A DNA stretch of 64,000 nt from Coniocarpon cinnabarinum. Its lineage: Eukaryota. Of this stretch, positions 49,053 through 60,729 are shown in pieces (position 1 is the first letter of the stretch; every line of letters begins with the position of its first letter). The stretch lies in assembly GCA_051942205.1 (NCBI GenBank), contig JAVECO010000047.1, forward strand, positions 62,001 to 126,000, written 5' to 3'. The notes beneath the pieces are model-generated. The model was given only the letters and a program-made list of their open reading frames with translations. It was not told the origin of the DNA and searched no databases. Both the position numbers and the translations under genes were made by a program.

Positions 49053-50126
49053 ATGTGCCGCTATCGCATTTGCGCCGTTTGTAAACACCCTTATCGGGCT
49101 CAATGTCCAATCGTACGACGCTTTGGTACTGTCGGCGTCTGCATGACTGCCGTTTACGACCCTTGTGACACACACAGCCAATGTCGAGGACTGTGTCGAC
49201 GGCGACCAGACGGCAAGCAGGCCCTCAAATGCAAGACGAAGAAGTGGTCGACGTGTACCCTCCACGAACCACCCATATGTATCGACGTCAAGAGCCTGGA
49301 TTCATCCTTTCTGCTGTATGTGAAGTTGCCGAAGCCTTCGCCTGTGACGCTAAAGGAGCCGAGCCAGGAAGGAAGCAATGCCCAATTCGATGCACTGCGA
49401 AAGCGTCGCATGGCGTTCACGACTGAAACGCTTTTTGAGGATTCGGATCCGTGGTCCAAAAGGCGGGCGGTAGATGCGCAGACTTCGGAAGAGGATGCTT
49501 CGGAAGAGGATGCTTCGGAAGAGGAAGCGAGCCGTTTGCATCGTTCAAGGCGCATAGCATTTGAACAACAGAAATTCATTCCAGCTCAAAGCACAGAGAT
49601 TCCATCGACCGGCGATCGTCCCAGACGAATCTCAACAGGCACACCTGAAGCAGAGCGCAGATTGTTCCAGCTCCTGACCTGGGAGCTTCCACTCCCCTCG
49701 CGACGGCCTCGGGAGTTGGCGGACTTCACGCTCACCTTTCCTGCCCCCGTGACTCCCACGCAACGCGAAATCCCTCTCCCCTCGCAACCTGGTCCGGAAC
49801 CATCAAACTTCACCCTCACCTTCCCCGCCCCTGTCACTCCCGCGCAGCGCGGAATCGCTCTCCCCTCGGTACCACCCGCCCCTCAAAGGTACCCAACCAA
49901 ACGTTCCAAAGCGGGCGCGTTATACGGACGAGGGATGAAATTCCTCCCCTCCGGGACGAGCGCCGTCCGCTTTGAACTCAACAAACCTGGTTCTCAAGCA
50001 GACTGGGAAGCTTGGGCGAATGGCGAGGCAGCGGTGGATCCGACACAGTATTATTTCGATGTCGGAGCATATCAGCGGTGGGAACTTAAGCCGGATTTTG
50101 ATGTGGAGAAGGTGGATTTGTGGTGA
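49053..50126 (+). CDS. Orphan protein with Cys-rich N-terminus and internal repeats
   Basis: 357-aa ORF from ATG 49053 (MCRYRICAVCKH..). The two copies of an internal 28-aa duplication differ mainly at synonymous positions, which supports coding status. Confidence 0.65.
   Translation: MCRYRICAVCKHPYRAQCPIVRRFGTVGVCMTAVYDPCDTHSQCRGLCRRRPDGKQALKCKTKKWSTCTLHEPPICIDVKSLDSSFLLYVKLPKPSPVTLKEPSQEGSNAQFDALRKRRMAFTTETLFEDSDPWSKRRAVDAQTSEEDASEEDASEEEASRLHRSRRIAFEQQKFIPAQSTEIPSTGDRPRRISTGTPEAERRLFQLLTWELPLPSRRPRELADFTLTFPAPVTPTQREIPLPSQPGPEPSNFTLTFPAPVTPAQRGIALPSVPPAPQRYPTKRSKAGALYGRGMKFLPSGTSAVRFELNKPGSQADWEAWANGEAAVDPTQYYFDVGAYQRWELKPDFDVEKVDLW
49483..49525 (+). repeat. 15-nt tandem repeat CTTCGGAAGAGGATG x~3 (SEEDA)
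   Basis: Directly visible at 49483, 49498 and 49513. Confidence 0.9.
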
Positions 50127-51308
50127 GATGGCATTAGGGCAAGGGAAGCTCAGAGGGACTGAACCAAGCAGTGAGACTTACCTATGGTAATTATCCTCAT
50201 GAATTGAGTATTGCCTCTGGTGCACCAAATATGTTCTCTCGCGGCTGTGCTGCTGATTTAAACGCTTTTTAAAGCTGGTCTTTATGATTGTTGCAGGAAC
50301 GCAACTGACGCGAATGCGGTTGATGCAAATCAGCTTGCTGAACCCTGTTTCGCACTGAGATGCTTTCCTGCAAATTTCAACAAGTGAACGTTGAAAAAAG
50401 CAAGCATGGGAACTAATGCTATGGTGCCAGCGCTTTGTGATTTCATTGACTAAAGCCTCACTCTCTCATCTCGATGAGGCTCCATGAGGGTTTGAAGCCA
50501 AAAGTGGCCTCTAGAAATAAATCCTCATGTCTTCTCTTGTAATATGCTGCAATTACTCCCACCTCAAACTAATCAAATTTATCATTAAAACAACTGCTAC
50601 TCCTTAGCACTCTAATGCGGGGTACTTTCGAAAGTTTTTCTTGTATATCGACTTATTTTGCTTAACACTCTTCTCAATTTATCTTGAAGGATAAGCATCT
50701 GATGCTAAGATTGCTGATGCTGATCTTGAAAAATGTCAGACGCTTGGCTCAAACATAGGTTTTGGTGTGCTCATATGTAGACAATGGTACGTAACTTCAA
50801 GAGGATCTTTGGCGAGTTACAATTCGTGCGAATTGATCTCGAATGTACGGTACAATGGTCTCGAATAGTGGATAAGAGTAGAGGAGAGATAGCTTAGTAG
50901 CATGGCCATGCACGTTTCAGAGCGTTCGAAGACGACGGCGTTTCTGAGACGGCATCGACGGATGCATCGGTGACTGACGCTGTGCTTTGAACAGCAAGGC
51001 ATGAGCATCGAATAGTCGGTCGTCAGCTGAGCTCCTGAGTGGCTTGAATAATGGTATGATTACGAGTCTGCCTTGAGTAAAGGATGTGACCAATAGATCG
51101 AAGGCGTTGATGAAAAACGACCGAGTCACCGCAATCAACTTCGTCCGCGTCAGCGTTGGAATAGTACGTCTATTGGTGTCGATGTCAACAGCAGCTCGAA
51201 TGGCTTCACATGCCTCAGTGATGATGTATCTAAATTGTGACTCACGGAGCTATGAGAAAAGCGCAAACATACGACGTCAAGTCGCATACTGGGCGCAACA
51301 TTCCATCC

Positions 51309-52352
51309 TCATTTCTTGCCATCAATAGCCGATTCACCGTGTCTGTCTTCAAATTCAGTGTCACAATCCTGGATCATTTCCTTTGCGGCTCCGAGTTCGT
51401 CCTTGTTCAACAGCCTTTTCATTGCTTCCTTGATGGCGCTCCAAGGCACAGGTACGACCCTGTCTGCCTCTTTCTTCGCCCGCCCCTTCTCATCGACAAC
51501 TCGTTTCCCAGGCTTGAGTGCCACGTCCTCAAGGGCCTCGATCGGCGGTGTGCCTGCGTACCTATCCCCCCGACGGAGCTTTCGTCTGATCGTGTCAACA
51601 AATTTCTCGACATCGTCGAGCTCCTCGAGTTTTTTGCGAGGCGAACGCTGGTCTCCGCGCGACTCATCCACGGGCGCTTGCCCTCGCTGCTTTTGTTCCT
51701 GAATTTTCCGTGCTACTGCGGCCCTCTCGTCGAACGAGCGTTGCTGGGATGCTGCGGCGGAGTCCTTGGACGAGCCGGGTTGCCCACCGTCGGTGCCATA
51801 CGTGGGATACGAGAGATGCATCTTTGCTAAGGCCTTGTCTACCACCCTTGTGCTGGATTTTGGAGCTTTTCCGGCGCTCCTCTCGCGCTTGTGCGGCTCG
51901 TCACTGTTGTGACCCATGGAATCCTCGCCCGAACCTTGCTCTGGGCTTGAACGCCCGCTACTAGCTTCGCTCTGCGAGCGAGAAGACTGCATGTTGTCGT
52001 CAATGTGGTCGTGAAGCCATGTTCCCTTTCCCGGGTGTCCCTTTTCCGGGCGCCAGAGCCGCCGGGAGCCTTGGAAAAGTCTCACAATCCAAGGGCCATG
52101 GATCTTTGGATCCTGATGATAATATTCCAGATCGTGCTCGCCCTCGTACTTCTTGCCAAAATTGTAGGGATGCTCGTGATTCCGTGGGATAAGATTGTGC
52201 AGGAGACCAAGCTCCTCGTTATGGAATCCTTTGAAGCGATTCCCATCCCATTGTGGTGAGAACTCAAAGTTCAAGCTTGTGTCAGCGTTTCGTTCGCGCC
52301 TGCCAGTCGGTTGTGAGCTTCGGTGTCGGGAGCCTGATTCAGACTCAGGCAT
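51309..52352 (-). CDS. Orphan protein, cluster member A
   Basis: 347-aa intronless ORF from ATG 52352. Collinear similarity to the 53562-54477 gene. Confidence 0.75.
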   Translation of the reverse strand: MPESESGSRHRSSQPTGRRERNADTSLNFEFSPQWDGNRFKGFHNEELGLLHNLIPRNHEHPYNFGKKYEGEHDLEYYHQDPKIHGPWIVRLFQGSRRLWRPEKGHPGKGTWLHDHIDDNMQSSRSQSEASSGRSSPEQGSGEDSMGHNSDEPHKRERSAGKAPKSSTRVVDKALAKMHLSYPTYGTDGGQPGSSKDSAAASQQRSFDERAAVARKIQEQKQRGQAPVDESRGDQRSPRKKLEELDDVEKFVDTIRRKLRRGDRYAGTPPIEALEDVALKPGKRVVDEKGRAKKEADRVVPVPWSAIKEAMKRLLNKDELGAAKEMIQDCDTEFEDRHGESAIDGKK

Positions 52353-53561
52353 AACGGATGAGCCAGCAAATGCACGTCCAACACAGGGGTAGAGCGCCAA
52401 CTGCACGCAGAAAACGGGATGGGTCAGAGTATTTGCAGAAAGGATTGATCTTGAGAGGCGGTAGAACGGCTAACAGGTCGTCTCTGTCATGTGGTTGGCC
52501 TGCACGTTTTTCATATCTAATGGAGGCACTGGGAGTTACCAAGTTTTCGCGTTGCAACCAAAGACATTGAGAGCCAGGTTATGAACTTGATGCACGTGGC
52601 ACGTGTCGACAGAAATGTACACTTGGCACGTACAGACAAAAGACATTAGAGCGCTCTGTGAAACATCCGAATCAGTTTGCAAAGCTCCTCTTGAAGCCAC
52701 TTGTGAAGAAGATCGAAGATTCGTGTGTGCCGCGAGAGACTGGCACCATAGAATAGGTCTTATTTGCGAGGTAGAGATGCCGCGTTTTTACAAAGAGAGA
52801 GGACTCCGGCGAAAGTGGTCTTATTCGCGATGGTGGATATGCCTTTCTTCACTGAGTTGAACTTTTCTTTCTTCCTAAGAGAAGGTAAACCTTTTTCGCA
52901 AGGCTTAAATCTCTCTGCTTTGTAAGCGTGAAAATGTTTTTGTCCTACAAAGTAAATACCTTTTCGCAAAGCAAGGATGCTATGACTCTGCACCAATCCA
53001 GCGCACAAGCATTTTTCGTGGGCGAAGTTGCGGCCCCGCCTCGGCCGTAGCGGTCTGCATGTAGCGCATTTCACGACAGCAGTCCAGGACTTCGGAGTCT
53101 ATCATCGCCGGCGTTTATCAATGGAAATACAGTCCTTAAGCGACGACCGCGAGTCGTGGGCGAAGCTGTTTTCTCCTCGTTGTACCTGGGCATGCACGAG
53201 TGATTGAGAGATAGCGTGTACTGAACAGCGAGGTATCAAGGTATGGATATAGGACCAGTCGACCTTCAAAGGCAGTTCGGGCCTCTGAACAACTTGGGAT
53301 CTCTTTGTTCGGTATTGCCGTGGGCCGAGGTATGCGAGCGATCAATCAGTCGAGGAGTTTGAAGAAAGGGTCAAGAGTCACTACAATCATCCACGTTCCT
53401 GTCACTGACGGATGCTAGACTTGATGTGATCGATCCTAACCATCATTGAAAAGCTTGACCTACCTCCTTCGACATACGCTATCAGTATTGTGGCCTGTGG
53501 TGCGACACCTCAAACGCGGGTCCTCCATCTCCATTTGCGCGTGTAACGTGTCACGCTATCC

Positions 53562-54477
53562 TCAATCCTCTTCATCAATAGCAGACTTGCGATGCTTATG
53601 CTCAAACTCCCCGTTATAATGTTCGACGAGTCTTTGGAAATTACTAATGTCATCTCTTTCTAACAATTTTCTGTTCAACAAATCCCTCATATCTTCTTTC
53701 AGGCGATTGAGAGGTATTGGCACCACATGCCTCCGACCCACTGCCATCTTTCCCTGCTTATTCATAGTCGAGCCGCTAGACTTGAACACGGCTTCCTCGA
53801 GCTGCTGCAGCGGTTGCGTGCCTGGAGACTCACCAAGCCCTTTCGGATACTTTAGCTCACCCAGAACCGCAAGCACGAACCGCCGAACAGGATCAGGCTC
53901 CGCTTGCATGTTTTTTATGTCTCTTTGGCGCTGCTCTTCTATCTGCTCGCGGCGTGATTGTTCCCGTGGTTGCTTCCCTGTGGACGCGCCAGGCTGTCCA
54001 CTCTCGGCCTCGTGTAGATGCATTGCTTTCATTGTCACATTTAGTCCCCGATGTTGGCGCGGCTCGGAAGCACCGGGCGGCTCATTGGCAGGAGAGGGTG
54101 TTCCCTCCACTGACATTCGATCTGGGCTTGGATCCCTGGAGGACAAAAAAGGAACCATCTCGTGGAACCATGCTCCGGACGCGGATTGCCACATTCGCTG
54201 AGAGCCGTCCTTCCCATGACTTTTGAAAAGCCATGGACCCCGGATCCGCTGATCCTGGTGGAAGTGCTCTTCTTGCCCATCACCGTTGCGCTTCGCAAAC
54301 CAATTGAAGGGAAGAGTTAGATCTGGCGCATAATGGCGATGCAGATCACCGAGATAAGCGTTCCTTGTCGTTGGGGTGATGTACTGGTTTGAAGTGGTAA
54401 TAAAAGCCTTCAGTGTGGTCGCCGGTAATCCCGCCACCCTCTTCTCCACCTTCCGACCTCGGTGGTGACTCAGACAT
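53562..54477 (-). pseudogene. Orphan cluster member B; paralog of A with an apparent frameshift near the 5' end
   Basis: ATG 54477 (MSESPPRSEGG..FYYHFKP, cf. A: MPESESG..LNFEFSP) is out of frame with the long ORF carrying HQDQRIRGPW, GTQPLQQLE, VVPIP and EFEHKHRKSAID. No phase-compatible intron was found. Confidence 0.5.
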
Positions 54478-55921
54478 GACTTGATAGGAGGAGCGAGTGA
54501 GATACGTAGATTGGTGTACAACTTATTCAGGGAAACTCAGCCTGACGAATACGTTTAGTTGGGGGTTTGATATGTCCAGGTAGCAGCTTGGAAATCACGA
54601 CTTTCATGTGATGGCTATAAGAGGTTCTCAAGCAGATGCAGAAGCCCAGTACCGGCAGCGTGTCCAGAGCTACTGGCAACCACGTAATGAAAGGCTGCAC
54701 AGGGCACATAACGTGCATGCGCCCACGCGCCCGAGGATTGCCCACTTGGCGCGAAGACATAGGACAGCGGAGCCTTGTGCAAATCCTGCGGATGACTTCA
54801 CACAATGTGTCTGTAAAAAAGCATTGTGTGAGTAGGATCGAGGATTCTTCCATGTCATAGGTTGTGCCCAGACGGTACTGCTCCCACAACTCAGAAAGAT
54901 CTCCACACCAGAGCTGGTCTGATGGCTCGCTTAGCTTAGTCGCTCAGAGTTTGTCGTGGCCTGCATACAACGTTGAAGGCTGTTTTCTTTATAGCATGAC
55001 ATGCGACTGCATAGCGTCGTCTACTCTTCAGGCTTGCACGAGTCACCGCCTTCGGCGCCAACAAACCTTCAACACCTAAAGGTCCGCGCAGGCCCGTGTG
55101 TCTCACCATTTCAGTATTTAGCGCCGGGGGCCGATTCCTCGAAGCTCAAACGCGACAGGTGTCAACTGCAGTCTGATGCTCTATTGGCCGGATCATAGAG
55201 ACGTCATTTCCACAGGTCTAAAAGTGAAGGTTCCATGATGTTGTCTGCGTGTTGAGTAGCAAAGCGTGGCCATTTGGCTCTCACACCCATTTCTGCGCGT
55301 CATTCCTGTGAGTGTCAAATGAAGTTTCTTGTCGGACGCCTCGGATCTTGCGTGATTTTGATGCTAGAGAGAAGCGAGCAGAGCGAAGACGAGTAAAGTC
55401 AACAGCTAGTTCGAAAGGGAAAATCATCTGGAAAGTCACGTGCAAGATTAGACTGCATCACGTGTTTTGGACAAGCACCTCGGTAGTGCTTGGCAGTTCT
55501 TCCTTGTTATTGTCTCGAATACCCGCCCTTGACATCCTTGCTTTGCCTCCCGGTTTTCCACTTCCTTCAATCCCTACAGACTTGCCCTTGGACCTGCGTG
55601 CAGACCTTGATCGCGCTCTATGTTCCTCAGCGGCAGCCATCTGACGTGACCATCCTCCGTATGCCGTTGACACTATAGCAGCAACATGTTTTTACTGAAG
55701 GTTGAGACGCATGCTGGGTCCTGTCTTCGAAGGTGTCCGGCTTCCGCTGAAGCTGATATCGATTCTCAGTCTCGAGTCTGTGTCGTGATAACGCCGCGCC
55801 ACTTCAATGATATTAAGCTGCGCATCGCCTCGTTTTTCGAGCCAGCATCAAGGCAGTAATTTTTATATTCTTGATCGATGATGAGCACTTCCCATGCCTT
55901 AGCAGAAGTTGCTCGCAGCGC

Positions 55922-57849
55922 TCATTTTTCGAAATCGATTCCCTCCCTCTTGTGCTTCTTCGTATACAATCTGTCGTAATCGTGAAGCGCTTTCATCATC
56001 TCGCTGTCCTCGGCGAGGCCCTTCTTAATGCAATACTCCCCAAAGGTCGACATTCTGAGCACGCCTTTGCGTCCATGGCGTTTGATACACTCTTCGATGC
56101 ACTCTACCGGATTCTTGTACTGTTCTACATAACTCTTGTTTCTGTATTTCCAGGTGAAGTGCGCCATCACGGCGTCCATGAGGTCATCGAAAGGGTCGTG
56201 GTCGGCGCGAGGTTTGTGTAACACTAACGCGGACTCAAGGTTCTCAGCCAACGCCTGCTCAATTCTGTAAGTCAGTTCCTTGGGATATTCAATCATGAGT
56301 GGACGCTTGACTTTATCTTCAGAGACGTCCTCGTCTGAGCGGTCGTGCGGCTGGCTTCCGCTATCGTCATCCTCACTTTCCTCCCCAACCTGTGGCACGC
56401 GAGGAGCCTTCGCTGCAAATTCTTTCTCGTGTTCTTCCCGAAGCATATCGGCTAATTTCTTGTGACTTCTGAGATCAAGCCAATCTCCATCATGTTCGCC
56501 TGTCTTGCCATTTACCCACATCCACTTTCCGTTGGGATAATTTTTCTCCCAGAGTTCCTTGCCTTGTTCCTTTCTCGTCTTTTGAGGTTCTTGCTGAGAA
56601 GCTTTGCCCTTGCCCTTCTCACGACGCGCCGCTTCTCGCGCCTCTTCGAGTTCTTGCCTTGTTTTTGGCCGTTCCGGAAACTCCCATAGCCAACCATGTG
56701 TTTCGCTGAGGAAGTCAGGAAAGCCCTGGGGATGCTCTGCAAGCACAAATCGCCCATATTTTGGATGATACCATACATTTCCCTCCTCTTTCTGCTCCCA
56801 TTCGGAGTTTGATAGCCCCTCAGTGGACGAGCTCTCAGAAGCCTCGTCATCAACCTCAGATGAGTACGGCGAATCATCTGAGAAGTACTCTCCTTGTTTC
56901 GGAGGCCGGTGAGGGTGGTCAATGAGCCTACCGTGCTTGGGATGGAAAAAGTCAGCCCATCCCTCTTCTTTGTTATGCCACCAGATGAACTTCCCAAACT
57001 TTGGGTGCTCAAAGGTATGGTCGTCTTTTCGCACCCACTGCTTGTGAAGCGGCTTCTCCTCGGCAGACTTGAAGGGAGGATGATGTTCGAAGTCGTGCAG
57101 CCAGCCCTTTTCCACGTCACCCTAATCAGTATCAAATTAGGAAAGATAAGAGCGCCGATACTTACATATTTGTCATTGTAGAAGTCCCACTCCCCTGTGT
57201 CCGGATGCTGGGCTTGGACGAAATCCCCGAACTGGGGATGTTGGAACACTTGATCTCTTTTATCGAATGTCCAACGCTCATTCAGCGGGAGCTCTTTTTC
57301 CGATGCGTGCAAGGAAGGTTGCTCATCTTCCAGAGATGACCTTCTTGTTGCAGTCTGTGCCGGCTCTTCTGAGTGTCTCGTGGAATTCTTTGAGGGCCTG
57401 GAATCTCTTCTTTTCGAAGATGAGGCCTCCCCTTGTGGCTGATTGGATTGTTTGGGCGAAGAGGTAGCGTCTGGTTTGGAAGACTTCGATTTGTCCTTGG
57501 AGGATGAGGCCTCCCGAGTCGGCGCTGGGAACGGTTTTTTAGGCCTGTGTTTGAATGAATCTAGCCAGCCCTTTGCGATATCAGTATACCCAATCATCTA
57601 TCTGGGCCCTGATATGATATCACTCACGTGCTGTTTGGAGTAATAACCCTCGTAGTCGTCCTCTGGATGTTTCCCGCGATGCCTGCTCCAGACAAACTTG
57701 CCGTACTTTCGATGGCTCACTGTGTCCGACCCATCATGCTGCCAGTCATCACCATCATCCTTGGGCCGACGAGAGCTTCGCTCGCTTCGTTCGCTTCGAT
57801 CTTGTGTACTCTCCTTGCTTCTCTTGTTCTTCTCAGTGCTACGTCGCAT
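55922..57849 (-). CDS. Orphan cluster member C (~603 aa; exons 57849-57628, 57570-57166, 57106-55922) with four Trp/His-rich repeats
   Basis: Two canonical phase-0 introns (GTGAGT..CTGAT..AAG; GTAAGT..CTGAT..AAG) join three ORFs. C-terminus YDRLYTKKHKREGIDFEK resembles those of members A and B. Confidence 0.8.
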
Positions 57850-59345
57850 AGCTTACTATCAAGATTGAATAGGCTACCCAAACTCACACTAGTACCGTGA
57901 CTTGTTTCACGGCAGACGTTGACGCAAATATAAGCTGGGATTACAGTGTGAGCCGATGGATGTTGCTCATGCAACCTATGACTAAAGCTGGGTCAAGACA
58001 GCAGGAACACATATTTAACAGCGAGTCCAGTGAGCAGGCTATTGGAAGCTCTTTCACGTGGGACACGTGGTGAGAACTTTCAGAGATGCGATCGTAGCAG
58101 GATCGAAAAACTACAGTGCAGAGCACATCTCACCCGATACTACATTCTGACGCAGTCCTTCGACATGCTCTACACAACATGACATCTGGTCTAATGGCCG
58201 TCGTAGCACTGTTCCTTGAGTTGTTTGAGGGAACATCGTCATTGCTAAAGCCTGCGGGTCCAATCGTAAACGAAGAAGCTGGGTCGTACGGCAGGTATGA
58301 GTAAGTGATCAAATGACGTTGTCTGATATCACACACGCGTCGATACTGTCATCTCCTTGTCAAATTTAATGAGGAGGTTTGGTCGCGTTGCGACACGTGT
58401 GGGAGCCAGGAGAGTCCGAGTCGACGCTGAGCGGTTCCAAGAGCCCATGCTAGCGTTCATCAGGAGGCAGGGTGCTGCGCAGGACCAACAGGCTTTCTAC
58501 TGCGATCAGTCACGCCAACGCTTGCGGAGGTCCAGGCGCGAGTCACTCTCCCAAGCGGGCTGCGGTGGTGGATGAGTTCAAGTCGGAAAAGGTGGCCGGA
58601 GGATGGTCATCACCATCATCAAAAGACTGCCATAAGCACAGGAAACGATTTTGCGAGGCTGACGGAGCCGTCAGCAAGACATAATGTACGAGTTTCACCC
58701 GTCATTCGTGTGTTCATCTTGTGTGTCGGCGTAAGCCCTAGATGGTGCCGCCACCCGCCAGTAGTACATTTGAGGGCAAAAGGTTTCTTCGTGCCGCGTA
58801 TCACATGCACGGCGGCAGCCTTTCCTACTGAAATTTCGTGACCGTATCCCGTCTGCATTAATCCGTGTGTCTCTTAGTCGCTCTGCTGCAAATCGAGTGT
58901 CTCATGCCTTCCAGTGGAAGACAACGTGGCCCCCAGCATATATGACTCAGCCAACTTTCGCGCTATCACAGACTGGAACCTCATTCCGCGTTTGCCGATC
59001 TGAACGACTGGGTCGGGTAGTGATAGTGCTTTTTTTCTGTCCATTAAAATGGAACTTGCTCACTAGCTCACTCCTTTCCGGTATTGTTGGGCTACTTGCC
59101 ATCCCAACAAGATGAATCTGTTTCTGGGATTTGTATTTAATTTCGAAAAGGGCGTCTCTTCAAGCATATCGTAGAGCGCGTGTGGCCGCGATGGGTGAAG
59201 GAAAACAACTGGAGGCGTTAGATCTAAGCATTAATTCAGTGCGATATGCCACCCATTTTGGAGCCCACCAGCGCCTCTACGGCCTCTCGCCAAATGAAAT
59301 TCCATGGTCGTGAGGTGTTATCGTGCCCACCAGCTTCAGTCACCG

Positions 59346-60293
59346 TCACGTCTCTGCGGTAGCCGGCTGCTGAGCCATCTCTGCTGCGTCCTGCGCCTCC
59401 CTCATAGCTTCTTTCTGTCTCTGCTTCTCTCTCAGCTTAGCCATAGTGCTTTCGAAGAGGCTACCGCCGGGTGCATTTGGACTCTGTCCCAGAGATTGGC
59501 TCTTGCCCTTTATCGGACCTTTTGCCGCACTGGGCGAGAATGAGAAAGTAGGCGCATCCGCTCTCTTGTATTCGGTGGAGACAGTGCTTGCATGGCTATT
59601 ATCGTTGGATCCAGAGCCATTCCTGGTCGGCGTATCTTGAGCGTACCTGTCTTTTCGCAAGGGGGTCCCACTGGGTCGTTGTACTGGTGATTGTTCCTCA
59701 TTCAGTGTGTCCACGTCACCGCTTCTCCGCCTCCGTCGTCTTTCCTCAAACTCTGCCCTCTTTCTGGCTCCCAGCTCTGCTAGCCTCCTCACTTCCTGCT
59801 CCTGCTCTACCGACAGGGGAGTTGTCCCCTCATGAGTCCTCTTCGTCCCTGCGTGCTTCGCCTTTGGCGTCTGCCACTGTCCACCAAGCCCATCAGCTTC
59901 TCCCAGAGTGCTCTTCATGAAAGCGTCGCGTCCGCCACTTTCTCGGCGCTCCAATTCTTCCATCATTTTCCGTCTCTTCTTGCCATAAGCTTCACGTTCG
60001 CGCTTCTCTCGTCCTTCGCGCTCTAGCCGCGCATCATAAGTGTCACGTCTGTCGGAGGTGAGAATGTCAAGGGCGATCGAAAGTTCCTGAAATTTCTGGG
60101 TGTAGGCCTCTCGTTTCTCCGGCGGAGCGCGGTCAGGATGGACGAGAAGAGAGGCTTTGCGGTACGCCCGGCGGATGGCGGCTTCATCTGGTTTAGAAAT
60201 GGAAGAGTTGGCGGCTGGGTTAGGAAGGGAGAGCAGAGCGTAGAGGTCAAGCGGTGTCGTGGCGGGATCGTCAAGAGGTTTGGGGGTGGCCAT
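59346..60293 (-). CDS. CWC23: J-domain pre-mRNA splicing factor Cwc23/Cwf23
   Basis: J-domain DLYALL..IRRAYRKASLLVHPD..FQELSIALDIL..YD, followed by REAYGKKRRKMMEELERRES. Confidence 0.85.
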   Translation of the reverse strand: MATPKPLDDPATTPLDLYALLSLPNPAANSSISKPDEAAIRRAYRKASLLVHPDRAPPEKREAYTQKFQELSIALDILTSDRRDTYDARLEREGREKREREAYGKKRRKMMEELERRESGGRDAFMKSTLGEADGLGGQWQTPKAKHAGTKRTHEGTTPLSVEQEQEVRRLAELGARKRAEFEERRRRRRSGDVDTLNEEQSPVQRPSGTPLRKDRYAQDTPTRNGSGSNDNSHASTVSTEYKRADAPTFSFSPSAAKGPIKGKSQSLGQSPNAPGGSLFESTMAKLREKQRQKEAMREAQDAAEMAQQPATAET

Positions 60294-60729
60294 GGCGAAG
60301 GCAGGTATGTGCGGTCAAAAGAATGGTAGTAAGCAATCGATCCTGCTTGTAAGGAACGAATCATTTACGCGCATGCAGCAAGTTAGCATTGGATGGAAAG
60401 TGTCGTGAGACGCACGAGGCTTCAACTTCACGTGGCGGCGTGGAATGGGGTTATACCCTAATACTACAATATGCGACGATGACGCACGCGTTAGAGCATA
60501 GCGACTGAGCTTGTGGAGCGTCGTGTGCTCTGCATTCACACAAGTCATGCGCATTTCACAACATGCTCACGCGCCAGGGATTAGGCTATTGACCAAAGAA
60601 AACCAGCATGACTCTTGGGTAGCGGACCTCTGGGGACTTAAGTAGTCGCACAGATCTTCACATTGACGGCGCTTTAGTACTACAAGTAGCTCAAAACTCT
60701 ATGCAAACGCCAATTAGCCGTTAACTACT

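Noticed and set aside
55458..55673. Short basic ORF between cluster members B and C as a fourth paralog
   Set aside because: Only low-complexity resemblance (SKGKS); none of the family motifs.
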